Origin: Mobula hypostoma
Lineage: Eukaryota
Direction: 5' to 3'
Assembly: GCF_963921235.1 (NCBI RefSeq)
Contig: NC_086097.1
Location: 47,680,001-47,744,000, forward strand
DNA: 64,000 nucleotides
Part shown: positions 13,557-25,350 of the stretch, piece after piece
Numbering within the stretch: position 1 is the first letter of the stretch
Layout: every line of letters begins with the position of its first letter
Position numbers and translations under genes: made by a program
The notes under the pieces: model-generated
The model's database searches: none
What the model saw: the letters and a program-made list of their open reading frames with translations, nothing else
Told to the model about the DNA's origin: nothing

Positions 13557-13748
13557 TCAAAGTTGCTGGTGAACGCAGCAGGCCAGACAGCATCTCTAGG
13601 AAGAGGTACAGTCGTCCTGACGAAGGGTCTCGGCCTGAAACGTCGACTGTTCCTCTTCCTAGAGATGCTACCTGGCCTGCCACATTCACCAGCAACTTTG
13701 ATGTGTGTTGCTTGAATTTCCAGCATCTGCAGAATTCCTGTTGTTGCG
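13557..13748 (+). mobile_element. Palindromic Penelope-terminus insert containing a minimal hammerhead motif
   Basis: Inverted arms at ~13557-13614 and ~13644-13701 flank CTGACGA...GAAACGTC. The 13-bp TSD AAGATAAAACTTT is at 13544-13556 and 13749-13761. Confidence 0.85.
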
Positions 13749-15055
13749 AAGATAAAACTTTGTTACTTTACAATTTAAACATAAAGGAACTAGATGTGCA
13801 ATGCATAAACCAACTGATGCCAAATTACACACATCACTAGTGATAACAAGTTAGAGCATTTGTGTTGCTAATTCAAAAAACATTCATTGACAGTTTTGCA
13901 TCACTCATTACGGGACTGACGCAGGGACTTGAGGCATCCACCATCCCCCTCTACAGATGCTGCCTGACTTGGCAAGTTCCTCCAGCAGCCTGTTTATTTG
14001 CTCACAATAATGTAATCTTAGTTAACAGAAAACATTAGCAACATCTGACCAAACTATGTATCTTAATCGAAATAACAGTATCAATAAACCATATTTTTTC
14101 AAACCAAGCAAAATCAGAACAAAAAAGGACATAATGAGACAAAAACAGAAGTACTCAAATAATCAGATATTTATTACTTTTCCCAAACAGAGAAAGCACA
14201 GAAAGACTCTCTGAAATTCAAGTATATCCTTGGCCCACATTTTCTGTTGAAGTGACAAAAAAAAAGCTCCTATTATATTTACAGTATACACATACTTCAG
14301 AATCAGTTACCATCTGCACATGAAACTTAAAACAAAAAATTACAGACTACAAAATCTGGAGAAAGTAAAAGACCCTGTCAGAATTAAATCACCAAATTTC
14401 TAAGTTAATAAATATACTTAAATATTATGCAACTCTATACAACATCTTGATATGAACATAAAAGCTTATACCATAGAGCTGTACAAATATTTCCACATTG
14501 TTACCACTTACAACATCTGGTAGAAATTTTGATAAAACAAAAAATCTGTACACTATATTGTGGAGGCTTATTATTTGCTAGCACATTAAAAACATAAAGA
14601 TTAAATGCCTTTTAAATCCAGAATAGACATAATTTACAATCCTTGCAATCAATAGATTCGACTTTTGCACCCTAGTTTAAAATGTCTAAAAAATTAAGTT
14701 ACTTGATATTTTAGCTACCGTTTAAAATCTTGATAATATAATTTAAATTATAAAAAAAACATTTTAGAAGACAGATTAGAAGTACATGTAACCACCTCAC
14801 CAGGCAAGTATTAATGTTCTTTGTTTTTAAATCAATAGTCAATTACCAATTAAATCATTTAACTATATTCAATTAACATACAATACTGGTAAAAAGTAGT
14901 TCACTATACTACTTCCGTCAGTATTTTCCTTTGACATCGTGCCTTTGAGCTCACCTCCGTGGTTAGGAGAATATTTCTGCAAGAATTGTGAGCGATTTTC
15001 CAATTATGTCAGCTCACGTTAGTAAATCCTAGAATGAAACGCGTCAAATACTCAC

Positions 15056-15064
15056 CGGCATCAT
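15056..15064 (-). CDS. PPP1R13B: First coding exon (Met-Met-Pro) of ASPP1; the remaining exons lie left of the window
   Basis: Minus strand reads AAA ATG ATG CCG|GTGAGT beside a CpG-rich region. This matches the recalled MMP first exon of vertebrate PPP1R13B and the PPP1R13B-ATP5MJ-TDRD9 synteny. Only 9 nt, so the call rests largely on synteny. Confidence 0.75.
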
Positions 15065-15099
15065 TTTGGAAAGGTTTCAATAAAATTCCCCTATGCGGA

Positions 15100-15830
15100 C
15101 AAAACCTTCAATTTCTCCTGGTCCCAGGTCACCTCAGCGGCCGGCCAGCAGGCAGCTGAAAGGGGAAGGGTCTGTCTAACTGGGACACGAGTCTAACTCC
15201 AGGCCGCTGCTGCCTTCACGCTCAGAGACGTGGGTGGCGATTTAAAAAACCAGGAGGCAAGTGTGGCAATTGCTGAAGAAGGTGTCAGCTGTTGACTCGG
15301 ACAAGGGGCGGGGGATCTTAGCTCTCAGTCCCCGATTTAACACCCACTTTCGGTTGACGCTCGGTTTCGCCCAGGCGTGCCGCCGACACCGAAGCTACAC
15401 CCCTCCCTCAACACTCGGGAGCGCGAGGCCCAGTCAGCTGACCTTCGATCGTGGCGTCATCGAAAGTTAGGCGGGCGAGCGTGCAGGTAGGTACTGTATT
15501 GTGGCTGCGCGGAGATTGGCGACTCCAATTTGCACCGCCTCCAAGCTTATTAGAACCGCACCCGTCACTCTCCTGCAATGTTTCACTAGCGCTTGCAACC
15601 TCCGCTACTCTGATTTTTAAATCAATCTAATAACCAGGAAACAGCGCCACGAGTTGTGCATCTGTTTGGAAATGTGAACTAATTATCTCCTGTGGGTTTG
15701 TAGGCTGAGTAATGCAGAGGGAGGTGTGGGACAATTGCATTGCAGCATCTCCCGACGTCGCAGGGTCCCATGCACACAGATCGCCACCTGCCGCCCTCGG
15801 ACGCTTTAAACCAAAAAGTCGTTCGCTCAG
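15100..15830 (-). promoter_or_regulatory. CpG-rich 5'UTR/promoter of PPP1R13B with a CTCF-like motif
   Basis: Local GC/CpG enrichment against an AT-rich background. ATTGG (CCAAT box) near 15515. TCGCCACCTGCCGCCC at 15781-15796 resembles the CTCF core. Confidence 0.65.
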
Positions 15831-16990
15831 CAGATTAATTAATCTTTTACGATTAAAGAAATTATAGCAAAAACATGAAGAGATTATAGAAAAACACATG
15901 ACAAAACTGATAGCGTATTTGTGATCTAGCTTGTATAATTGTAACAAAAGATGTTTTAGAAGCAAAAATGTTAACTGTTTTAGTTGTATTTTAGGTAAAT
16001 TTACAAATAGAATCGTAGAATGCCCGTTGCGGAGAATCTTGCTCTTTACCAACCGTTAAATCTTACAACATTTGCCCCGATTACTAAATGCATCAATTAA
16101 AACTTGATGGATACCAGTTGCCTTAACATGGGAGGCGTAATTCTTCACTTTTAATTCTCTTTTAATTGTGCTATTCCGCTTCATTTTACAATGAGTAACA
16201 ACGATTAGACGTCTTCAGTAATTAAAACATACTAACCTGAGGTTATATAAATTAAGGCAATCGTCGAACAATCATAATTTTTTAAATAATCACTTATGAT
16301 TTGGAATGCTGTTATTGAAAGTGGTGCAAGTAGATTCAATAACATTAAAAGGGGAATTGAATAAATACATAAAGGAGCAGACTGGGTTATATTGGTTTAT
16401 TTATAACAGACACTCATCTGCTATGTTCTAATTTACGCAATGTACTACAAGTTTCAATATTCGTGGGCAGCTTTGGATGTACTGACATTGCTTAACATTT
16501 TTTTGCTAAAAATAGGGTTGGGTGGAGGATAAGCATATTTTAAATAGCTGAACCATGTTAAGGGCTTAATGAAATGAGACACTGAACTGCTTCCACCCAG
16601 TCTCGCACAATTAGATCTTCGAAAAATAAGTAATCAAAATAATGAATATCTAGCTCTTGCCTCCACTGACTTGTGCCAGGCATTTTATGAAATTGAAATA
16701 CATACAAAAAATTATTGTTCAAGAAAAGTCGAAAGTGAAAAGGGGCAATTTATGACAGCAGTATTGTCTGATGAGAAAAACTGAAGGGATTAGCAAACTA
16801 TCAAAACTATGGAGGAAGATAATAATAAAATATTTCAGTTACAGCAATATGTTTGGAAATATTGCTTCAGGAATTTACCAGGGAAATGGGACCAATAAAC
16901 AATACATTAAGTAGTAACATAATTGCATTTAAAACAAATAGGATGCATTACGCAAACTATTCAAACACAGGACAGATCAACCCCGTGCCA

Positions 16991-17847
16991 AACATAAAAG
17001 TTGCTGGTGAACGCAGCAGACCAAGCAGCATCTATAGGAAGAGGTACAGTCGATGTTTCAAGCCGAGACCCTTCATCAGGACTAACTGACAGAAGAGCTA
17101 GTAAGAGATTTGAAAGTGGGAGGGGGAGATCCAAAATGATAGAAGACAGGAGGGGGAGGGATGGAGCCAAGAGCTGGACAGTGATTGGCAAAAGGGATGA
17201 GAGGATCATGGGACGGGAGGCCTAGGGAGAATGGGGGAAGCCCAGAGGATGGGCAATAACAGATGGGGTATGAGGGGGAGGTGGGGCATTGGCAGAAGTT
17301 TGAGAAGTCAATGTTCATGCCATCAGCTTGGAGGCTACCCAGATGGAATATAAGGTGTTGTTCCTCCAGCCTGAGTGTGGCTTCATCTTTACAGTAGAGG
17401 AGGCCGTGGATAGACCTATCAGAATGGGAATGGGACGTGAAATTAAAACGTGTGCCCACTGGGAGATCCTGCTTTCTCTGGCAGACAGAGCGTAAGTGTT
17501 TAGCAAAATGGTCTCCCAGTCTGCGTTGGGTCTCGCCAATATATAGAAGGCTGCATCGGGAGCACCGGACGCAGTATATCACCCCAGTCGACTCACAGGT
17601 GAAGTGATGCCTCACCTGGAAGGACTGTCTGGGTCCCTGAATGGTAGTGAGGGAGGAAGTGTTGGAGGTGGCAGAAGTTACAGAGAATTATATGTTGGAC
17701 CCGGAGGCTGGTTAGATTAGATTATGAGGACACGCAGTCCTCTTTTATTGTCATTTAGTAATGCATGCATTAAGAAATGATACAATAGGTGAGGACAAGG
17801 GGAACCCTATTCCTAGTGGGGTGGCGGGAGGATGGGGTGAGAGCAGA
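16991..17847 (-). mobile_element. Penelope-like element 3' part (GIY-YIG endonuclease plus terminal repeat)
   Basis: ORF 17082-17615 contains GVIYCVRCSRCSLLYIGETQRRLGDHF. A hammerhead-like motif is at 17049-17083. A short LINE-tail insert interrupts it at ~17713-17787. Confidence 0.88.
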
Positions 17848-18503
17848 GACATCACTATTAGTGGATAGTTAATGCATTACTTATATTTAAGGATCAACAG
17901 TTAGCCCAGCCCCAGTGGTGGAAAAAAAGAATGAGGCTTGACAGGTAAGATCTAGATATGAGTTTTAGATTAAGGGGTTGCCCACTTAATAAGGAATTTG
18001 AGGCAGAACTAGTGAATAGCTTAGGCTGGAATAAACATATTTTTGAACTCTTTATTTATGGATAACAGGAAAAAAGCTAGGAGAGTGCTGCTGGGGCTAA
18101 CATGAAATCAGCCATGACGTTTAATGATAAAGCTACTGGGGCCGAATCGCCAATTCCTAATCCTTACAAATTCTGATGAGACTACAGACAGTTCTGTTTT
18201 TCATATTCTGAAATGGATGGATACACTGGCCAGGGTGCAGAGATTTACAAAGGATAATACCAGTAATAAGTGGTAGGACAAAGATGAGGGGAAAAAATGG
18301 AATGCAAAATCAAGCAACACACACAAAATGCTGGTGTAACGCAGCAGGCCAGGCAGCATCTATAGGAAGTAGTACAGTCAACGTTTCGGGCCAAGACCCT
18401 TCACCAAAATCAATGTTGTCATGACCCATTTCTGCACCAGAAATCCCATGTAATCTTATGCAGAAGTCCATTTAAAAACAAAACTGCATCTCAAAAGCAT
18501 CAT

Positions 18504-18509
18504 TTTATT
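18504..18509 (-). terminator. Probable polyadenylation signal of ATP5MJ
   Basis: AATAAA on the minus strand ~130 nt after the ATP5MJ stop codon. Confidence 0.6.
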
Positions 18510-18640
18510 AGTATTATCATTGCATAAACATGCATGGGGGCATCACATTTGTACAAAACAAATAATCTTCCGGATAATATTCATTCTTCTGTAACCATTT
18601 CGATCAGTGATAGCTTACAGGCTTTCAACATCCAGTTGCA

Positions 18641-18663
18641 TCAATGTCCTTGACTAGAAGATT
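18641..18663 (-). CDS. ATP5MJ: ATP synthase subunit 6.8PL/j, last coding exon ([K]SSSQGH*)
   Basis: Acceptor ...TTGTTATATCTAG|AA TCT TCT AGT CAA GGA CAT TGA. The phase matches the upstream micro-exon and the GH C-terminus is typical of the family. Confidence 0.85.
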
Positions 18664-20292
18664 CTAGATATAACAAGGAAAGCATCAATAGAACTTTTGT
18701 ACATCAAACTAAATGTCATTTTATCTTTGTTAAGAAAACAAAGTAGTATATCCTATTGAAAACAGTCCAGGAAGTACCAGAAGCAAAAACATTTAAGAGG
18801 TTTTGAACCTCTTGTCATTAGTGGATATTTGATTAACTTAATACCCTTTCACATGAGTTCTTCATTCTGTGGTTTGTAATTTTTACATTTCAATACAAGT
18901 CATGAAAGAATTAAGGAAGGAGTAACACTAAAAGGAGAGGAAAAAACATAAAGATAATTAAGTCATTTTAGTGCAGGGAGGAGAAAACCCATTTCCCTTT
19001 CTCCCAAGCTATGATGTCTCAGGCATTTAGTACAGACAATACAAGAACACATTTCAAATCTTTGTAATGCTTTTTAAGTCCAAGTTTTTGGTTCTGCAAA
19101 TTGAATGAAACTGTGTTTGGAAATATCAGCTATTGTTTTAAAAATTCAAGTAAAAATTGAACTCTTATCCAGGAAGTTCTATGAATCATTGTTAAATTAT
19201 TCATTTCGAAAAAGATCCTGTATTTACATGCCATCTTTCACATTCTCAATGTCCTGAGAATTTTCACAGCTGGTTAATTATGCTTGAAATATCACGAAGT
19301 ATATATGGACAGACATGAAATCACTTTCAGACTTCAGAGTTCCACAGCATGGAGTTATTGGTGGTAATTTTTATTCACCCTTGATTCACTCAAAGTTAGA
19401 TTCAGGTCCAGTAATTAAATTGATTCACATCCACACCTAGTTACATTGACATTCCATTCAGAAGCTCCAGTTACATTTTATCCATATGAAATACTGACAA
19501 GAGAACTCGCAATACATTTTCCAATAACATTGTAGGACCTTGCACAAATACTTCAGAGCCTCAATTTAACCTGTCATCTGAAGATTCAACTTTGAAGGTT
19601 ACACACTCAACTTCTACAATGGCTTAAACTGCACATCTTTTGATTTGGTGTTCTTGTACAACTATTGCAAGCGCAACAAACCCTTAAGGAGTGGGTGGAA
19701 GGAGAGACAATGATAAGCAGCTAATCCAGTGACATATAATTGCGGTATGATCATTTTATTAAGCAACAATATCCAACTATTCTTTTATTAAGATTACTGA
19801 AGACGCCAATGAAAAATTGTTTCTCCAGTGATCAAACATGTATATTTGAGAATAAACATGCTGCCATTGAAGTCTAATCATAGATTGTCACCTCTAGATT
19901 AGACATTCCAAAGATTCTTGCTAGTCTTTTGCTCTACCAAAAACTTCAATCTTCTACTATCTCGCCATCAAAATTCCATTTTATATCGGATACATTTTTC
20001 CCCTTAATTCACCATCCTTAAGTAAATAAATTTAAATACTTTCCCCCCTTTTTCCTAATGCCTTTCCCAAAAAAACTCCTGAAAAATTGACTTTAACCCT
20101 TTTTTTGGCGACTAGTTTTGATCCCCCATTACCAAGTGTGGAGTAATAGTGCTACTAGGAAGCCATGACAAGTTTACACTGATGCTTTGAAATTACACAG
20201 ATTCAACTCAAGTATAAAAATTAATGGAATCAATTCTACTAAGATATTTTGATTTTGGACAGACAATTGAAAATTAGATCATAAATACTTAC

Positions 20293-20313
20293 TGCCTTTT
20301 ACTGCCTTTTTAC
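20293..20313 (-). CDS. ATP5MJ: ATP synthase subunit 6.8PL/j, 21-nt micro-exon ([G]KKAVKG)
   Basis: TTTTGCAG|GT AAA AAG GCA GTA AAA GGC A|GTAAGT, phase 1-1. Matches the recalled fish YGGKKAVK motif. Confidence 0.85.
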
Positions 20314-22322
20314 CTGCAAAACAAAGTACCATTTAGTGCTATGCAAGTGAAGCATTTCTAAAATGATACTATAAATTGTTAAACAAGAAAAAAAATCAAA
20401 GTTTTTGCTTAAATTAAGGTTAATTAATGTGCCAAAACAAGTTTGTTTGTAAAGTAAAATCAAAACAAAAAATGTTGGAGATACTCAGCAGGTTGAAGAC
20501 CCTTCATCAGATTTTATTTTTCATTTTTTTGGTCTGCAAAATACTTCCTTGTACAAAACTAACCCAATTCAACAGCATCTGCAGATTTTTTGTTTCCAAT
20601 TCAGCTCCAAATTTATTGGTCTTTCCATTCCAAATTAGTTGTAGAATACAATAAAATAAGGGTACAACCTTTGAATTGTGTAATTTTAGTGAAAGAACTT
20701 CTGAAGTGCATGGTAATCTGTCTGACAATTTCCAGTTAACATGAGATTTTTTTAATGAGGAAGAGTGAAGAGAATAGACAACTGTAAATGTAGATTCGTG
20801 TCTTGGTGTCCTCTGAAGCATTAATGGGCAATACTAGATTGCATTTACACCACAACCTATTCTCTCACATTAATATCTGTTGTCACTGAAAAATCTATTC
20901 CCAGACAATTTACAATAGCCAATTAATCTACCAGCATGTCTTGGAATATGAGAGATCATTGGAGCAGCAGGCAGATATCCACCAGGTTACATGATATCCA
21001 TACAGACAGCATCAGGGGTCAAAACTTGAATCTAGATTGCTGGAACCGTGAGCCATCTTCTCTGTGTGAGTTGCAATAAGAAGGGTTTCGGCCCCAAATG
21101 GACCGTACTTTTTTCCCCATTGATGCTGCCTGGCCAGCTGAGTTTCTCCAGCATTTTGTGTGTGTTGCTCCGATTTCCAGCATCTGCAGTATTTCTTTCG
21201 TTTGTGATACAAAGTGTTCACTCGTCTTTTGTTTGGGGTGAAGGAAAAATCAGAATAAATTGATAGAATTACAATCATCTACTTAGCATCGTTACAATGG
21301 TACATCTGGGCATCAACTGTGGTTAATTTTATGATTTTTGACTGCATTTTTCTCATTTGTGTTGCGAACTGATGGAGTATCTGCTGGTTGACACTAACAT
21401 TCTCCAGTTGATTGAAAACTATTACTATTTAACTAATATTTTAGACGTAAATTTATACAAAGCAGCAAATATAGATGATAATTGAAATAATTTACCCATT
21501 GTGAAATATTAAACATTGAATTTGGAAAGAATAACTACTGCAGAGAGTGTTCAAAACCACTGTTGATAATCTGCAAGTTATTAGAAATAAACTGCAATTG
21601 CTTTTTAAACATGAACTATTTTAGCTAACACTTTTTGTTTGGTTCAGAATCTTAATTAACTTTTACAGTAATGTAATTTCTTGCTTTATTCTCAAATAAC
21701 TCACTATTATCTCTCCCCCCCCCCCACACCTTCTTCTTCAGGCTTCTTTCCCCCTTCCTTTCCAGTCCTGATGAAGGGTATCGACCCAAAAGTTCGAATA
21801 CTTATTCATTTCCATAGGTGCTGGCCTGCCCTGCTGAGTTCCTGTTTTTATTTATAGCTCAGCATTTTCGCCATCTGCAGAATCGCGTGTTAATGCTACG
21901 ACTATTCCAACAATCACACACGCCTATGCATTTTCACCGCAACCAATTCTCTCATCTGCGCCCACCCCACAATCTATTCCAGGGCGGTTTACAATGGCCA
22001 ATTAATCTATCGACATGTCCTTGGAATTACGAGAAATCATTTGAGCAGCTAGCGGATATCTGCTAGGTCACAGGAACAACGTGCGACATCCATACAGAGG
22101 TCAAATTTGAACCTTAATTATTGGAACCGTGAGCCATCTACTACTTGTAACATCACTACCAAAACGCCGTTGAAAAATTCAACATTCCCAGTTTTACGGA
22201 AGAGATAGCAGGTCCCGCGGAGTAGGTGTCGTTCAACGCAGATCAGACATCGGCTGCACTGAACAATGTTCATAAATTTCATACCCTGCAAAGGCAATTT
22301 TTAAAACTCTTATGACACTCAC

Positions 22323-22443
22323 CTCCATATGATATCTTGTAGAATAAGACTGCTGTCACAGCTAAACTAGGCCATAATTCCCGGTAAGCTAAAGCATAAG
22401 GTTTCATTTTAAACCACCACTCTGCAACAGCTCGACCAGCCAT
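22323..22443 (-). CDS. ATP5MJ: ATP synthase subunit 6.8PL/j (MP68), first coding exon MAGRAVAEWWFKMKPYALAYRELWPSLAVTAVLFYKISYG
   Basis: Acceptor CAG|ACG ATG and donor G|GTGAGT. The W..MKPY..Y.E.W...YKI motif and single hydrophobic segment fit the family. The spliced CDS is 165 nt (54 aa plus stop). Confidence 0.92.
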
Positions 22444-22599
22444 CGTCTGCGGGTTAAAACGAGAGTTAACTTTGTGGATTCAGCGAGGAAGGAAGACAAT
22501 TCCCCTCAAGAGACTGGGGAAGATCAAATCTTAAAATCGCTATGCTATAACACAATCATTAAATGAAAATTACAGTAAACTTGGCTTCACTACAAACAG

Positions 22600-22960
22600 A
22601 ATCCCCTCTGGCCTGCAGCTGGTGGAACCCTTAGCCGGCTCGGCGCTCAAACTACAAGGGCCCAGAGGAAGCAATCTCGCGAGTTAGGTGAATCATCAGC
22701 TTCTCAGTGAAATTCAAGTCACTCGCCATTACTATCAATCACAGCAAATGTAATATAACCCACCACCCAGCGTATTACACTTAGTGAACGACAACCTACA
22801 TGATACTCCGGTAAATACCCAGTCGTTCCCTCACGCCCAAGGTCAGTAACCAGTGAAGGCCCCAGGTCCCAACTCGTCGCCGCCCGCGACAGCGCCTCTC
22901 TAGGTTACAAGTCGCAATGGAGGAACTGTCTTGGAGAAATGTTATTTCTGATTGGCTGGT
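22600..22960 (-). promoter_or_regulatory. ATP5MJ promoter and non-coding exon 1 region
   Basis: CpG-rich. Possible donor GC|GTGAGG at ~22835. TCTCGCGAG (BANP/ZBTB33-like) at 22675-22683, ACTACAAGGGCCCAG (ZNF143-like) at ~22652, CTCF-like CAGCGCCTCTCTAGG at 22890-22904, and a CCAAT box at 22951-22955. Confidence 0.6.
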
Positions 22961-23083
22961 TATAAAGGTGTGTAAATAGGTATTTATTCGTGGAAAAACT
23001 CATTGCAAATATTAATTTGATAACATTGATAGATGTTATTGGTGTTGAATGAGGATGTATTAAGAACTTTGATCCCAGGGGCT

Positions 23084-23305
23084 CACACAAAATGCTGGAG
23101 GAACTCAGCAGGCCAGGCAGCATCTATGGAAAAGAGTACAGTCGACGGTTCAGGCCGAAACCCTTCCCCAGTCCTGATGAAGGGTCTCGGCCCAAAATGT
23201 TGATAATACTCCTTCCTATGGATGCTGCCTGGCCTGCTCAATTCTTCCAGCATTTTGTGCATGCTGTTTGGATTTCCAGCATCTGCAGATCTTCTCTTGT
23301 TTGTA
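23084..23305. mobile_element. Palindromic Penelope-terminus insert with head-to-head degenerate hammerhead motifs
   Basis: CACACAAAATGCTGGAGGAACTCAGCAGGCCAGGCAGCATC and its reverse complement flank AGTCCTGATGAAGGGTCTCGGCCC. Confidence 0.8.
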
Positions 23306-23469
23306 ATTGGATCCCCGTAGGTTTCCTTTGCAATATTTTTCATTTCAAGCGAAGTTGGTATAGTTAAAAAGGGCAAGAAGTGCAGCCACCGTACGGGCTC
23401 AGAGGGGAAGGACCACCATGTTGGGTTCGACTCCTGCTGGAGAAGGAGGGGCCGGGTTGGGGGAGGAAA

Positions 23470-24165
23470 ATCTTCATGGGGGATTAGAGGTGCAGAGGGT
23501 CAACCACTTTGAATTTCTAGGTGTTATAATTTCAGAAGATCTGTCCTGAGTCCAGCAGGAAGTGGAATTACGAAGAAAGCACAGGAGCACCTCTACTTCC
23601 TTAGAAGTCTGTGAAGATTCAGTATGTTATCTAAATCTTTGACAAACTTCTGTAGATGTGCAATGGAGAGCATATTGACTGGCTGCATCACAGCCTGGTA
23701 TGGAAACATCAATGTCCCTGAACAGAAAGATCTACAAAAAGTAGTAGATACAGCCCAGTCCATCTCAGGTAAAGCCTTCCCAACAAATAAGCACATTTAC
23801 ATAGAGCGCAGTCCCACGAAAGCAGCATCCATCATCAGAGACCTCACCACTGAGGCCATGCTCTCTTTTTGCTGTTACCATTGGGAAGGAAGTATAAAAA
23901 TCTCAGAGCTCACACCACCAGGTTCAGGAACATTTATTACCCCTCAATCATCAGGCTCTTGAACTAGAAGGGATAACATAACTCACCACAAAACTGAACT
24001 GTTTCCACAAACTATGGACTCTTCATTTCATGTTCGTGATATTCATTGCTTATTTAGCTTTTTTTAATTGTTTCTTTGTAGTTACTGTGAATGCCTGCAA
24101 AAATGTCTTGGGGTTGTATATAATGATATATATGTATTTTAATATTAAATGTACTTTGGACTTTG
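23470..24165 (+). mobile_element. Rex1/Babar (L2-like) LINE 3' fragment
   Basis: LTNFCRCAMESILTGCITAWYGN...LQKVVDTAQSI. Confidence 0.78.
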
Positions 24166-24999
24166 AATTATTATTGTAGCAGTATACCACCATAGCGTGT
24201 GTATGAATGTGATAGAACAGTAAGGAAAACATCGCCTCTGACTATAAAGAATGAAAAGGCATTGAATGGTTTATTCTTGTAAATAATTTTGTATTATGAA
24301 TAAAGTTTATTTTGTTTTAAAAAAAATTGAAGAAACCATGAGTTCTTTCCCTGCGTTTTCTTAGAATGTCAAAATAATTGGGGCAGAACCACCAGGATTT
24401 TCTTCCTTTAATTTTGTTGTCAGGCATCAACAAATCAATAAATCAACTTCTGGAATCTAACTGCAAGGCGTGATTGCTGAAAAAACACTTGAAACAAATA
24501 ATATAACTCCATTAGCAGAAGGAGTGAGAGTTTATATATAGTCAACTAGACAGATGCAGAACTTGGGTTTTCTCCAGAATGTTGATAATCCTAAAAGTAT
24601 TGGAAGTTTCCATGTGGAGATCAATGCCAGACTATGAACACTCGGCTGAAGTACTGTGGAGTTGTGGTTACCATATCAAATGATTTGTTTTTGTGTCTAT
24701 TTTCCAAACTACGGACAAAATTGGCTTATAGGACATATGTGAAAATGAGGGCAGCTGAATGAACTTAATGTCAAAAAGAGTCGTGTTCCAGTAATATATC
24801 TTTGAAAGAATTCTTGGTTTTTATCTGCTTCTGACATTCTGTTGATGTAGGTAAGACCTTGTCAGAGCAGCTTCTTTGCTCACTGAAGCTTGCCTGCTTA
24901 TTTGTAAAGTTAAGATTTGACACTGAGAACCTTAAATGCGATGTAAACATGGGATAAGTGGGCTTCTGAATCACAAAATCCCTGTTTCTAAGTCAAATC

Positions 25000-25215
25000 A
25001 CAAACAAGAGAAAATCAACAGATGCTGGAAATCCGAGCAACATGCAAAAAATGCTGGAGGAACTCAGCAGGCCAGGCAACATCTATGGAAACAAGTACAG
25101 TTGATGTCTCGAGCTGAAGTCCTGCCTAAGGGTTTCAGCTTGAAACATTGACTGTACTTTTTTTCCCATAAAATGCTCCTTGGCCTGCTGAGTTCCTCCA
25201 GCATTTTGTGTGTTA
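25000..25215. mobile_element. Palindromic Penelope-terminus insert, decayed
   Basis: Inverted arms AAAATGCTGGAGGAACTCAGCAGGCCAGG / CCTGCTGAGTTCCTCCAGCATTTT surround a decayed hammerhead-like core. Confidence 0.75.
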
Positions 25216-25350
25216 CCTTATTTGTAAGTGTTGGTATTGGGCATGTACCTTTTTAGGGTTGTTGTGTGGGTTTCCTCATTTCATGATGGCAATCACTTTT
25301 GAGAAGTGTCTCAGAGTTTATGAACTAAAAAGCCACAGCATAATCTGAGA

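Noticed and set aside
15627..16052. 141-aa ORF upstream of PPP1R13B
   Set aside because: Non-ATG start, low-complexity composition, no recognisable domain and no splice support.
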